DNA from: an uncultured Chthoniobacterales bacterium
Lineage (GTDB): Bacteria > Verrucomicrobiota > Verrucomicrobiia > Chthoniobacterales > UBA10450
Reading direction: 5' to 3'
NCBI GenBank assembly: GCA_902805675.1
Contig: CADCTA010000097.1
Location: 1,059-65,058 of the forward strand
Length of the DNA: 64,000 nucleotides
In this document: positions 1 to 9,986 of the stretch, one piece after another
Layout: every line of letters starts with the position of its first letter
How positions within the stretch are numbered: position 1 is the first letter of the stretch
Notes under the pieces: generated by a model
Told to the model about the DNA's origin: nothing
The model's input: the letters and a program-made list of their open reading frames with translations, nothing else
Databases searched by the model: none
Position numbers and translations under genes: made by a program

Positions 1-2491
1 GATCAACTCTTGCGCCGCGACGAAATCCCTTCGCAGAAAGCGAAGCCACAAGCGCTCGAACTCGTAGTCGATCTTCTGCTCAGGAGGAATGGCATCAAGC
101 GCTCGCTGTGCCGCTTCTACGTCACCGCGGGCAAGCTCCACGTCCTTCTTGAGGAGCCAAAGACCCGCGGTGGCGTGCGATGGCAGGCGATCGATCGCCG
201 CATTCACCACTCTCTCGGATTCCGCATACTTTCTGAGGGCGATAAGTGTACGAGCAAGGTTGTACGCGAGGCCCGGATTCTGTGGATCGAGCTCCTCTGC
301 TTTTTCGCTGTCGCGAATTGCTTCGCTCCACAAGCCACGACGGCGCTCGACGAGTCCGGCCAGGGTGTAGAACTCTACCTCGTGTGGCCCCGAGGAGCGC
401 ATTGCCGAGAGCTGTTCGTAAGCCCCACGAAAATCATCTAGTCCGTGGTAGAGATAACGAGCGAAGGCCAGCCGCGCATCCTCCGAGTTCGGTTCGAGCC
501 GCAACGCCGCATCCACCGCTTCTTTCGCCGCCGTCAGGTCTTTCTCTGAATGCTCCTCACCGAACTTGTAAATGTACAGGCGCGCCTCGCTCAGCAGGCA
601 GTAGGCACGCGTGAATTTTGCATCCACCGCGATCGCGCTCTCCAGCATCTTCGCCGCCTCGAGGCGGGCCTGAGTTGCGCCGGATCCACGCGCGCCGTTC
701 ATGGCCGCGCGCGCGCGGAGGTAGAAGTCGTAGGCCCGCAGATCCTCGGTCGGCCGTCTCGATAGCGCCGCACGTTCTCCGGTCGACAGCGTCGTGCGAA
801 GCTGCGCCACGATCGTCTGCGCGAGCTCGCTTTGCAGCCCGAAGATGTCTTCGATTTTGCGGTCGTAGTGATTCGCCCAAACCTGACTGCTCGTCGCCGT
901 GTCGATCAGCTGCGCATTGACCCGGACACGATCCCCGGACATCTGCACGGTGCCTTCCAGCACGCTTCCGACGCCGAGCTCCCGCCCGATGTCTTTCATG
1001 TTCCTCGTCGCACCGCGGTACGCTGCTACTCCGCTGCGGCTAATAACCTTTAGCCCTCTTACTTTGCCTAAGTCAGTTAGGATGTTGTCCTGGATGCCAT
1101 CCGCGAAGTAGGACGGCTGGCTGTCAGCGCCTAAGTTGTCGAAGGGCAGGATAGCGATGCTCTTGCGCGGATCGGACGCGGCGACCGCGTCGCTTGCCAC
1201 GCCTGGAGAAGGAGCAGTCGGCTTGCTTTCCTCACGGCTCCAGAAGACGAATGAGAGCCAAGCTAACAATAGGAGGGCTAGACCAGCCGCAACTGCACGG
1301 CCAGCAACATGCGAGAACGCTTTCGCCCGATCTCCTGTTCCGGTAGCAGACGCGAGCACCGGCCGCTGCTTCTCATACCGGCGCACCTCTGCGGCGAATG
1401 CCGCGACCGTCCCGTAACGCGTCGCTGGATCCTTCCGCAGCGCTTTCATCACGATTGTATCAAGACTGCCGCGTAGAACGCGCGCGCTTTGCGGGTTCGC
1501 AGTTACCTTGCTCGGCGGCGGTGGTTCTTCTTCGCGGATGACGCGAGCTACTTCGTCGCGCGAAGGATTCGTCGTACTGAACCGATGCGGCTTCTGCCCG
1601 CTCAACATCTCGTAGAGCAAAGCGCCGAGCGCATAGACATCGCTTGCCTGGGTAACTGGACGCCCGTCCGTCTGCTCTGGTGAGGCACAAATCGGTGTCA
1701 GGCGTTCTTCACCCGCGGCGGTGATCTCGGTCGAGTCCGCTGTCGGCGTCAGGATCTTCGCGATTCCAAAGTCTAACAACTTCGGCTCTCCATTGCTGGT
1801 GACGAGGATGTTGCTTGGCTTCAGGTCGCGATGGATCACCTGACTGCCATGCGCAACTTCCACCGCCGCGCAGATCTTCAGGAAAACCGCGACGGTCTCG
1901 CCGACTGAAAGCTCACGTTCTCGCACGAAGCGCGTGACCGGCGCTCCGGCCACATACTCCATCACCACGTAAGGGAGGCCATCGTCTGTCGTGCCCGCAT
2001 CGAGCAGCCGCGCGATGTTCGGGTGATCCAGCCGCGCGAGGATGTGCCGCTCGGAGGCAAAACGCCGCAACACTTCTTCTGTGTCGGTGCCACGCTTGAG
2101 GACTTTGATTGCGACCTGCTTCTCGAATTGTCCATCGGCACGATCCGCCAAATAGACCGCGCCCATCCCTCCGCGACCTAACTCTCGTGTGACGACGTAT
2201 GCTCCGATACGCCGGCCCGCCGGCGACGGCTCGTCCTGCCACAGCCGCGCGGTGGCGTGTTCCGCACACTCTTCCAGTGGATCTGTCGGGTCGTTTGCTT
2301 GCGTTTCGGCTTCATTGACGAGCGAAACAGCTTCCGCGAGCAAGGCCGCGTCGTTCGCGCAGCGGGTTTGCACCAGGGCGATTCGCGCTGCGGGCGTGGG
2401 CTGCTCGAGCGCGTCGGCGAGGATGTCCTTCACCCGTTGCCAACGCTCCGGATCTAAGGCGCTTTGCCGGTCGCCGGGATTGCTTCGCATG
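1..2491 (-). CDS. Serine/threonine protein kinase with TM segment, periplasmic domain and C-terminal TPR-like repeats (3' end runs off the window)
   Basis: Absent from the ORF track because it has no stop in the window. Manual reverse-strand translation from the ATG (complement of 2489-2491) gives kinase motifs GRGGMGAVYLA, VAIKVLK, VIHRDLKPSNILV, LLDFGIAK and ASPEQ. These are followed by a TM stretch (AAGLALLLLAWLSFVFW), a 'SIAILPFDNLG' domain and TPR-like helices down to nt 1. The gene starts 22 nt downstream of the ECF sigma gene. Confidence 0.9.
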
Positions 2492-2513
2492 GTTTTATTC
2501 AGATCGTCCTTGG

Positions 2514-3095
2514 CTACGAGCCGGCCGCGAGCTCGCGACGCAGCCAGACTTTGGCGGTCGTCCATTCCCTTTTCACGGTTGCAGGCGAAATCCCGAGCAG
2601 GTCCGCAATCTCTTCGATGACCAGCCCGCCGAAAAAGCGCAGCTCAACGATTTGCGCCTGCCGCGCATCTAAAGCTTCCAAGGCGTCGAGCGCGTCGTTC
2701 AGCACCGTCAAATCGACCTTGCGACTGTCGTAGAACTCAAGCGTGAGAGTCTCCCGATCACCGCCACCGCGCTTCAGACGATTTCGTGCGACGGCGTGGT
2801 TAATCAGAGTCTGGCGCATGACGCGGGCAAAGATGCCGACGACGTGCTGTGGATTCTGCCACTCGATGCCAGCGTCACTCCGCAGTCGCAGGTAGGCCTC
2901 ATGCACGAGCGCGGTGGGCTGGAGCGTATGCGTGACACGCTCGCCGCGGAGGTAAGCGGCCGCCAGGCGCCGCAACTCCTCGTACACATCCGGGATCATC
3001 TCGCTCATCGAAGCGGGATCCGCTTGCGGTGTTGCTTGCGGCTCCGGCTCCACACTCCCAGACACATGCGCAAGCTTCAGCTGTGTCCCTCCCAT
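2514..3095 (-). CDS. ECF-type RNA polymerase sigma factor (kinase-associated subgroup, no anti-sigma neighbour)
   Basis: 193-aa ORF. Region 2 reads 'LQPTALVHEAYLRL' and the region 4 HTH reads 'IEEIADLLGISPATVKREWTTAKVWL'. It lies immediately upstream of the Ser/Thr kinase on the same strand. Confidence 0.85.
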   Translation of the reverse strand: MGGTQLKLAHVSGSVEPEPQATPQADPASMSEMIPDVYEELRRLAAAYLRGERVTHTLQPTALVHEAYLRLRSDAGIEWQNPQHVVGIFARVMRQTLINHAVARNRLKRGGGDRETLTLEFYDSRKVDLTVLNDALDALEALDARQAQIVELRFFGGLVIEEIADLLGISPATVKREWTTAKVWLRRELAAGS

Positions 3096-3388
3096 CGCGC
3101 TCTGACTCTACCGTATCGGGCAATGAAGCTCCAGTAAGCGTGGTGCGGACCAGACGATTCCGGACGTGCGCGCAGGGCAGCAGTCGCCGCCTTCGACGCG
3201 ACTCTCCGGGGAACGCAATGCAGTAGCCGCCGGGCTCCCTCGCGCGGCTTCGAAAAAGAAAGTCCGTTTTCGTGATCCGTTTTAGCGGGAGCCGTTGCCT
3301 TACCGAGTGTGAAGAACTTTTGCAAAGCGCCCCTTCGCTCGGACGGCCGGAGCGGCATACCACCGTGCGCCGAGACCACGGCATCGCC

Positions 3389-4429
3389 ATGAGCTACGCC
3401 TCGAAAAGAGTAGCCGCCGCGCCGCCGAAAGTGATCGGCTTCCTCGGCTTCGACGGAGTGACAACCCTCGATCTGACGGGTGCGCTGGAGGCATTCGCAA
3501 TCGCCCGCCTCGATCGGGAGGACGAACGGCAGCGCTGCTACGAGCCGCTCATCATCGGTGTCTCGCGCAAGACCTTCGAATCGCGCTCCGGTGTCACCTT
3601 CAAGACAAAGCACACCCTCGACACGGCGCCTGCGCTCGACAGCATCGTCATCCCCGGAGGAGTCGGTCTGCGCGCGGGCGAAACGATGGAGACGATTGCC
3701 GCTTGGTTAGGGGAACGCGCACCGGCTACGCGACGGATTGCGTCGGTTTGCGCCGGCATTTATCCATTCGCCCGCACGGGCCTTCTCGACGGACGCGCGG
3801 TCACCACTCACTGGCGTTATGCAGGCGACGTGGCGCGAGCGTTCCCGCGGTTGCACATGAATCCGGCAGCGTCGTTCCTCGGCGACGGGACGCGCTACAC
3901 ATGTGGCGGCGGCACCGCCGCCATCGAGATGAGCCTCGCGATGATCGAGGAGGATTACGGTTCGCGCACTGCACTGGGGGTTGCGCGCGAACTCGTGATG
4001 AGCCTCCGGCCGGCGGGGAATGAGCGACGAGTCGATGTCTCTGCGCATGCATCGGATGTGCATGAGCGGCTGGCGGAGTTGCCTGGCTGGATCACAAGCC
4101 GCCTGGGGGAGAAACTCTCGATCGAGGTGCTGGCGGAACGCGCCTGCGTCTGTCCGCGCCATTTTAGCCGGCTCTTCAAGAAGACATTCCGGACAACACC
4201 CGCGGGTTTTGTCGAACAGCTACGCATCGGTGAAGCCGAACGACGATTGGCGACAAGCCGAACGAGTATTGAGAGCATCGCGGCGTCCGTCGGTTTCAAA
4301 AGCGCGGAGGTGTTCCGCCGCGCCTTTGAGCGGCGGCTCGGCCAGACGCCGAGCCGGTTCCAACGCGAGTCGCAGCGGAATGCAAAGCAGTCGATGGCCG
4401 ACGGCCGGGACGGCAGCACGACCGAATGA
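3389..4429 (+). CDS. GlxA-family transcriptional regulator (DJ-1/PfpI-like domain + AraC HTH)
   Basis: ORF 3272-4429, with the start moved to ATG 3389 (MSYASKRV). The N-terminal part is DJ-1/PfpI-like ('VIGFLGFDGVTTLDLTGALEAF', 'SVCAGIYPFARTGLLDGR'). The C-terminal part is an AraC HTH ('CPRHFSRLFKKTFRTTPAGFVEQLRIGEA'). Confidence 0.8.
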   Translation: MSYASKRVAAAPPKVIGFLGFDGVTTLDLTGALEAFAIARLDREDERQRCYEPLIIGVSRKTFESRSGVTFKTKHTLDTAPALDSIVIPGGVGLRAGETMETIAAWLGERAPATRRIASVCAGIYPFARTGLLDGRAVTTHWRYAGDVARAFPRLHMNPAASFLGDGTRYTCGGGTAAIEMSLAMIEEDYGSRTALGVARELVMSLRPAGNERRVDVSAHASDVHERLAELPGWITSRLGEKLSIEVLAERACVCPRHFSRLFKKTFRTTPAGFVEQLRIGEAERRLATSRTSIESIAASVGFKSAEVFRRAFERRLGQTPSRFQRESQRNAKQSMADGRDGSTTE

Positions 4430-5514
4430 TGACGCCAAAGCGCATCGGGCTGGTTGGTTTCGACCGTGTCACCGGGCTGCATCTCGTCGGCACCGCGGAG
4501 GCGTTCGCTGCCGCAGCGCTCGACGACGGGTATGGGGGGCGAATCCCCTGCTACTCCGTCACGACGGTCGGCCTCGACGGCAACCGCTTTCAGGCGGAAT
4601 CAGGTGTCGCATTCACCGCCAGCGCTGATCTGCAAAACGCTCCCGAGTTCGACACCATCATCATCGCCGGTGGCAGTGGCATCCAGGCGCCGGGAGTGAG
4701 CGGGGCGATCGCGGCCTGGCTCCTGCGGCGAATGGCCACGACGGCACGCATCGGGGCAGTCTGCACCGGAGTCTATGGGCTCGCGCCGACCGGATTGCTC
4801 GACGGCCACGAGGTCACTGTGCACTGGCGCGCTGCGAGCGATCTGGCGCGGCGCTATCCTCGCCTCCGAGTGAACCACAAGAAGCCTCTGGTGCAGGCCG
4901 GCGCTTACTACACATCGAGCGGTCTCAGCGCCGGCATCAATCTCTCGCTCGCCATGATCCGGGAGGACTACGGGCCCCATGTGGCGCAGGCCGTCGGACG
5001 CGACCTGGCGCTGTATCGCGCCGCCGACGATCCGCAGGATGTCGCTACGCCGGACGCGCCGGATACTTATGCAATGGATCGCTTTGCAGACGTCGCCAGC
5101 TGGATCGTTCGCAACTTGGACTCGGATCTCTCGGTCGAGGCGCTCGCCCGCAGAGCCTGCATCTGCCCGAGCCACTTCAGCAAGGCATTCAAGAGCGTCT
5201 TCGGAGCGCCCCCGAGCGAGTTCGTCGAGAACCTCCGCCTCAACGAAGCACGTCGTCGCCTGTCGCAGCGGCAGAAAACACTGCGCAGCGTCGCTGCCTC
5301 TGTTGGTTTCAAGAACGGCGCCGCTTTCCAGCGCGCCTTTGAGCGGCGGTTCGGCACCGTCCCAGGCCGCTGCCTCGACGAAGCACGGACCGGGCCCGCA
5401 CGAACGCACCGCAACCGGCAAGCCGAAGACGCTGCAACGCCGACGATGGGGGCGGCGGCCGCAGCATCGGGATGCACCTCCGGGTCAACGGCGTCAGCCG
5501 CGCCGCTGACGTGA
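4426..5514 (+). CDS. GlxA-family transcriptional regulator, tandem paralogue of the preceding gene
   Basis: 362-aa ORF whose start overlaps the previous stop (ATGA). It has the same architecture ('IGLVGFDRVTGLHLVGTAEAF', 'AVCTGVYGLAPTGLLDGH', 'CPSHFSKAFKSVFGAPPSEFVENLRLNEA'). The last ~45 aa form an A/S/T/G-rich tail beyond the conserved domain. Confidence 0.8.
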   Translation: MMTPKRIGLVGFDRVTGLHLVGTAEAFAAAALDDGYGGRIPCYSVTTVGLDGNRFQAESGVAFTASADLQNAPEFDTIIIAGGSGIQAPGVSGAIAAWLLRRMATTARIGAVCTGVYGLAPTGLLDGHEVTVHWRAASDLARRYPRLRVNHKKPLVQAGAYYTSSGLSAGINLSLAMIREDYGPHVAQAVGRDLALYRAADDPQDVATPDAPDTYAMDRFADVASWIVRNLDSDLSVEALARRACICPSHFSKAFKSVFGAPPSEFVENLRLNEARRRLSQRQKTLRSVAASVGFKNGAAFQRAFERRFGTVPGRCLDEARTGPARTHRNRQAEDAATPTMGAAAAASGCTSGSTASAAPLT

Positions 5515-6181
5515 CGAACCCCTACGCAAACGGCGCCAGCGTTGCGGTGGAAATCGGCGAGGGTGCAAGCAGCGATACGACGGTGCAATTGAACGGCGCG
5601 GTATTTTCAACGACATTCTCGCCGCTAGCTTGGTCTTGGACGGCTGACTAAATTCGACCTCAGAGCGCGCACTGGCGCTTTGGTCACCGCGCCACCGTGC
5701 ACGACATCGCGATCGGCTGGCGCTCCGCGATCAGAGAAGATGGCGCTCTGCACGTCGTTGTCGCCCGACACAATTTGTTTCTGCCACCGCGACGGTTTTT
5801 GCCGCCACTCGCTGCGGCGAGTCTGGCGGGCGGAGCAACGCCGTACAACCGCGGCGTGGTGCATGGCGACGGATTGTACTAGAACGGAGTCGCATGATCA
5901 TGCGGGCAGCAGAATGCCAACACGGAGCGGGTGAGCGGGTATCACAGCGGAGGTTTGGAGGCGTTATTCGCGGCACGAATCCATGCGGGTAGCCGATACG
6001 CTCGTTGCGGTGGCTTTCCGATAAAACCGCACGGCCCAGCTTGCGCGCGACGATGTGCTCGCCCACCGGCAGCGGATTTTGGCATAGCTGAAGCCGCCGC
6101 AACGGCTGACGCAGCAACGCGATCTTCTCCGCAAGATGACAAGGCGCAGGCACCGCAGCACCGCAGGTGAGTTGCTGAAAA

Positions 6182-6550
6182 ATGCAGGGCGGACCACAGA
6201 TGTCCCACCCCCTGTGTGAGCCTTGTCGTATGCAATCAGATGACGCGGCCGAGCCAGTCGAGTGGGATGTCCAGGAACTGAAACGTAGTGTCGACGAATG
6301 GGCAGGCATCGCTGCGCAGATTATCGAGCGACTGCACGACACAGTTGCGTGCGCCGGATCGGAGAACTGGCGCCCGCACTTCGGACAGATCGTTGTCGTG
6401 GTGGAGCGGTTTCGCGATCTCTGCCGTCGCGAGTCCGCTCAACTCGGCTGCTGGAGGGCCGACGGGCTTTACGCCGACGAGGCATACGAGCAGGTCTGGG
6501 ACGCAGCAGACCAGCTCGTAAAATGGCTGAACCGAATGATGCAGCAGTGA
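6182..6550 (+). CDS. Hypothetical protein (only protein-like ORF in the 5.5-8.0 kb gap)
   Basis: 122-aa ORF with a balanced, helical-looking composition rich in D/E/W ('VEWDVQELKRSVDEWAGIAAQIIERLHDT...'). Neighbouring ORFs are R/S/P-rich by contrast. Its third-position GC, counted by hand, is lower than in eno. No recognisable family. Confidence 0.3.
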   Translation: MQGGPQMSHPLCEPCRMQSDDAAEPVEWDVQELKRSVDEWAGIAAQIIERLHDTVACAGSENWRPHFGQIVVVVERFRDLCRRESAQLGCWRADGLYADEAYEQVWDAADQLVKWLNRMMQQ

Positions 6551-8014
6551 TTTTATCACCTCCGACAGGTTCCGCGGCGGGCCGGGATCGTTACTGATTT
6601 GGCAATGCCGCCGCACTGCTCGGCCTTCACGATCCGTGAAACGCGCAATCACGTGCCAAGAAAGCGCATCGCGGTTGAGCTCGGCGTCCCTCCGATTGCG
6701 GTCGCTGAGTGCATGCACACTCGGCCCAGCGTCAATGGTCCGTTTGCACCTTCGTGATACGCGGTTCGTCATCACGGGATGTCGACCTGCAGCAAGCCAT
6801 GCTGAAGGGGGTTGGTGTTGCTGCGGTCGTGGCGGGAGACAAAGGGGCGTAGGGTCTCGCGTGGCGGTGAAGGCGTCCGCATTCACGAAGCCGGCGCGAA
6901 GGACGCGGGAAATCCGTTCTGCGTAGGCGCCACTCAGCCGCGTGACCCGTTGCCACCCGGAAGGGGCAGCGCGCCTCAGGCGCGCTGTGCGACTCGGCGG
7001 ATGGTCGAGCGCCGAAGTCCTTGCTGAGTTCAGGCGACGCACAGCAGGCGTTCGCTAAACGCCCCAACCCGTACGCATGGCGAAGCAACGCGTGTCTGTT
7101 CAAAATGAAGGTGTGCGTCTGTGACAGTGCTAAGCAGGCTGCGGCGGAGGTGGCGTGCGACCTCTAAGGCGCGTCGAGGCTGCTCTGTCACGCTGCGCTG
7201 CTGCTGCCCTGCCACGGCTCCAATCCGGTCGAACGAACTGGACCGATGCCAAAAATCTCCATCGTCTACGCGACCCTAGGATGACTGTCCGGTGCGATCC
7301 CGCTGGCGACCCACCGGTCGAAGCGCCAGATCGGTTGAACGCGCTGAGTCGGTCGAACTCCGTCGGTTTGGTTGAACTGCAGCACATCGTTGAAGTGTGA
7401 CGCTGCATCGAGGCACTACGATCACGAAGCCTTGCCATCGCATCCGGTTGCTGAATCGGCACCCTGCAGGCGCAGTCGTGGGGTGCCCAGGAGGCATGAC
7501 CTCCGCAGCCAGCACAGCGGAGAAGTCGCCTGTCAGCAGTCGTGCGCGCATCAGCATCGGCTCCGTTGCGGCTCCGCAGCCTCGTCTCCCGCAAAGGCAT
7601 TCAGGTTCTTCCGCGACGACCTCCGCCGTGACAGGCGCGGTGCTTCCCTGCTCAGACACCGACTTCGCTTCTGACACGCGGAAAGCAACCGAGCTGGCTG
7701 CGTCCAGCCACGCGAAAGTTCAGCGGATGGCACTGCCGCTGCTTGGGGCGCGATTCTTCCCGAATCCAGCTGCCGCACCGTGCCGCCGCGGCATCTAAGT
7801 TTTTGTGCAAACTTCTGACCAACCCCCGCTACGAGGGAGAAAACACCCGGCGCTTCCCAGAAAGATTATGGAAAATGCAACAGGCATGAAAATTGTTATG
7901 GACGATGAGAATCAATTATGACAATTATCAAATCAACAAGAGATCGGACCAGACTGCAGGTAGTTGCAGAAAGAGAAGATCGCCAGCAACCAAACCGCAC
8001 GGAGAGAGAAACAA

Positions 8015-8828
8015 CATGATCAACGCCAAATTCACCATCGCTTTACTCGGCGCAGCTGCACTGCTCGCCACCAACGCCAGCGCAGTCGTCGTCGACCTCG
8101 AACGGAACAACGAAGGCACCGCCGGCGGCGGACCTACCTCGGAGAGAATGGCTCTCTTCCAGTTCACCGCTCAGCAGCCGACCGGCACCGGTGTGATCGA
8201 TCCTTTCCTCACCATCCAGGCGGAAGGCACCGAGCAGGGCTACAATACCTCGGCAGAGAACCCTCCGTTCGACGTCAAGCGTCAGCCGAATTTCACCCGC
8301 GACATCCAGTTCTCGGATCTCCAGAAGACGACGGTGATGCTGAACGGCGTCTCCTACTTCCAGATCCTTCTGGACGTGAACGAGCCGAACGGCGCCAAGT
8401 CGATCATCACGCTCGACGAGCTCCAGATCTACACCTCGGCGCAGGGCAGCCAGTCAACGACCAACGTCTCCAGCCTCGGCACGCTCCGCTACGACCTCGA
8501 CTTCTTCGGTGACAGCGAAGTGCGCATCGATGCTTCACGCAACTCCGGCAGCGGTTCGGGCGACGTGAACATCTTCATCCCAGTCGAAGCTTTCGCCGGC
8601 ACTGCGCCTTCGGATTACGTCTACCTCTACGCCCTGTTCTCGGAAGGCAACCTGAAGATGAACCCAGACGGCACCCAGGGTGGTTTCGAAGAATTCGCGC
8701 TGGTTCAGAACATCACCCCGATTCCTGAGCTCAGCTCCTTCTTCCCGATCGTCGGCCTGATGGTTGCAGTCGGTGCGACCAACGTGCTCCGCCGCCGGAA
8801 GGCAGCGCAGCAGACCGTTGCTTCGTAA
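8015..8828 (+). CDS. PEP-CTERM-like sorting-signal protein (secreted/cell-surface)
   Basis: Start moved to ATG 8015, preceded by GGAGAGAG. The signal peptide is MINAKFTIALLGAAALLATNASA. The C-terminus 'PIPELSSFFPIVGLMVAVGATNVLRRRKAA' has a P-E motif, a TM helix and an Arg-rich tail. Confidence 0.75.
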
Positions 8829-8868
8829 GACAGCAGTTTTCTTTCAGGTTTATCTCTAATTGTTTGGC

Positions 8869-8898
8869 GGGGGCGACAGGCGACTGTCGCCCCCGTTT
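8869..8898 (+). terminator. Rho-independent terminator after the PEP-CTERM-like gene
   Basis: Perfect 11-bp stem GGGGGCGACAG / CTGTCGCCCCC with a GCGA loop, followed by GTTTG. It lies 41 nt after the stop codon, between convergent genes. Confidence 0.65.
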
Positions 8899-8955
8899 GC
8901 GTACAGGCGGTGCTGTCTCGGTGGATGCTGTGCCTGAGGTCTGGTCGTCTCGCAG

Positions 8956-9726
8956 TCAGCTGCCAGACCACATCGTCTGCGCCAGCTTCGCGATCAGCGC
9001 GACGACGATCACGAGGAAGAAGACGCGGACGAACTTGCTGCCTTTCGCGATCGCCAGGTGCGAGCCGAGCGTCGCGCCGATGACGCTGCAAAGCGCCATC
9101 GCCAGACCCAGCCCATAGAGTAGCTGGTCGGTAGCCGCGAAGTAGATCACGGAGGCGACGTTAGTGGCGAGATTTACGACCTTCGCCGACGCGGAAGCGG
9201 ATAAAAAATCGAACCCAAAAATCGCGACAAAACCGAAGATCAAAAAGCTGCCAGTACCCGGCCCGAAAAATCCATCGTAAAAGCCGAGCGCCGCGCCGAT
9301 GAGGATGCCGAGCCACCGAGCCTTGCGTGGCGCGTGCTTTGGCTGGTGAATCAGTCCGAGTTCCTTGACAAAGAACACGTAGATCGCCACCGCGATCAGC
9401 AGCACGAGGATGAGCGGGCGAAGGACGGCGGGATTGAGGAGGCTGACCGCGAGCGAGCCGAGGAACGCGCAGACAAAGGCGGCAACCGTCGCCGGCACCA
9501 CGGTGGACCAGTCGACAGCGGACGCGCGTGTGTAGCGATAGACCGCCATCGAAGTTCCGAACATGGAGGCAAACTTGTTTGTGCCGAGCAATGTCGGGAA
9601 CGGGACCCCCGGCATCAGGATGAGGATCGCTGGTAACTGGATCAATCCGCCGCCGCCCACCACCGCGTCGACGAATCCGGCGAGCAGCGAGAACAGACAC
9701 ATCAGCGGCACCGTGTAATCGACCAC
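8956..9726 (-). CDS. TSUP-family (TauE/SafE) sulfite/anion exporter membrane protein
   Basis: 256-aa polytopic ORF with a GTG start. The N-terminus 'LLAGFVDAVVGGGGLIQLPAILILMPG' and the internal repeat 'GFYDGFFGPGTGSFL' are typical of TauE/SafE. Confidence 0.85.
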   Translation of the reverse strand: MVDYTVPLMCLFSLLAGFVDAVVGGGGLIQLPAILILMPGVPFPTLLGTNKFASMFGTSMAVYRYTRASAVDWSTVVPATVAAFVCAFLGSLAVSLLNPAVLRPLILVLLIAVAIYVFFVKELGLIHQPKHAPRKARWLGILIGAALGFYDGFFGPGTGSFLIFGFVAIFGFDFLSASASAKVVNLATNVASVIYFAATDQLLYGLGLAMALCSVIGATLGSHLAIAKGSKFVRVFFLVIVVALIAKLAQTMWSGS

Positions 9727-9986
9727 AGCGCCAACTAGTGCAGTTGTGATCGATGCTCGCCATGCTTTTCTGCTCGTGGCGCGAGTCGGCGGCTATTGAT
9801 TAATGGAAAGGCGGCAAGCGAGCGTGCACGACAGAAGCTGACCCAAAGTCTCAGCCCAGACATCGCACCGACCTCGGCGTCTCGCCTGATCGCTCCGCTG
9901 CCCAACGCCTCGCGACAACCGAAGCCACACGCGCGGTGATCCCCAAACGCTGTCACGAGTAGTGGTGGTAAACGCGGCCGGGAGCA

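Noticed and set aside
5472-5651. 59-codon ORF with a protein-like beta-rich sequence
   Set aside because: It is not reported as a feature because it is too short, has no RBS or family match, and overlaps the GlxA tail. It is mentioned only as a possible gene stub in the gap finding.
5731-7042. Minus-strand ORFs 5731-6342 (203 aa) and 6236-7042 (268 aa), considered as genes or as integrase/transposase relics
   Set aside because: Their composition is R/S/P/A-rich. Hand-counted third-position GC is clearly below that of eno. I recognised no recombinase or transposase motifs. They are left as part of the unexplained gap.
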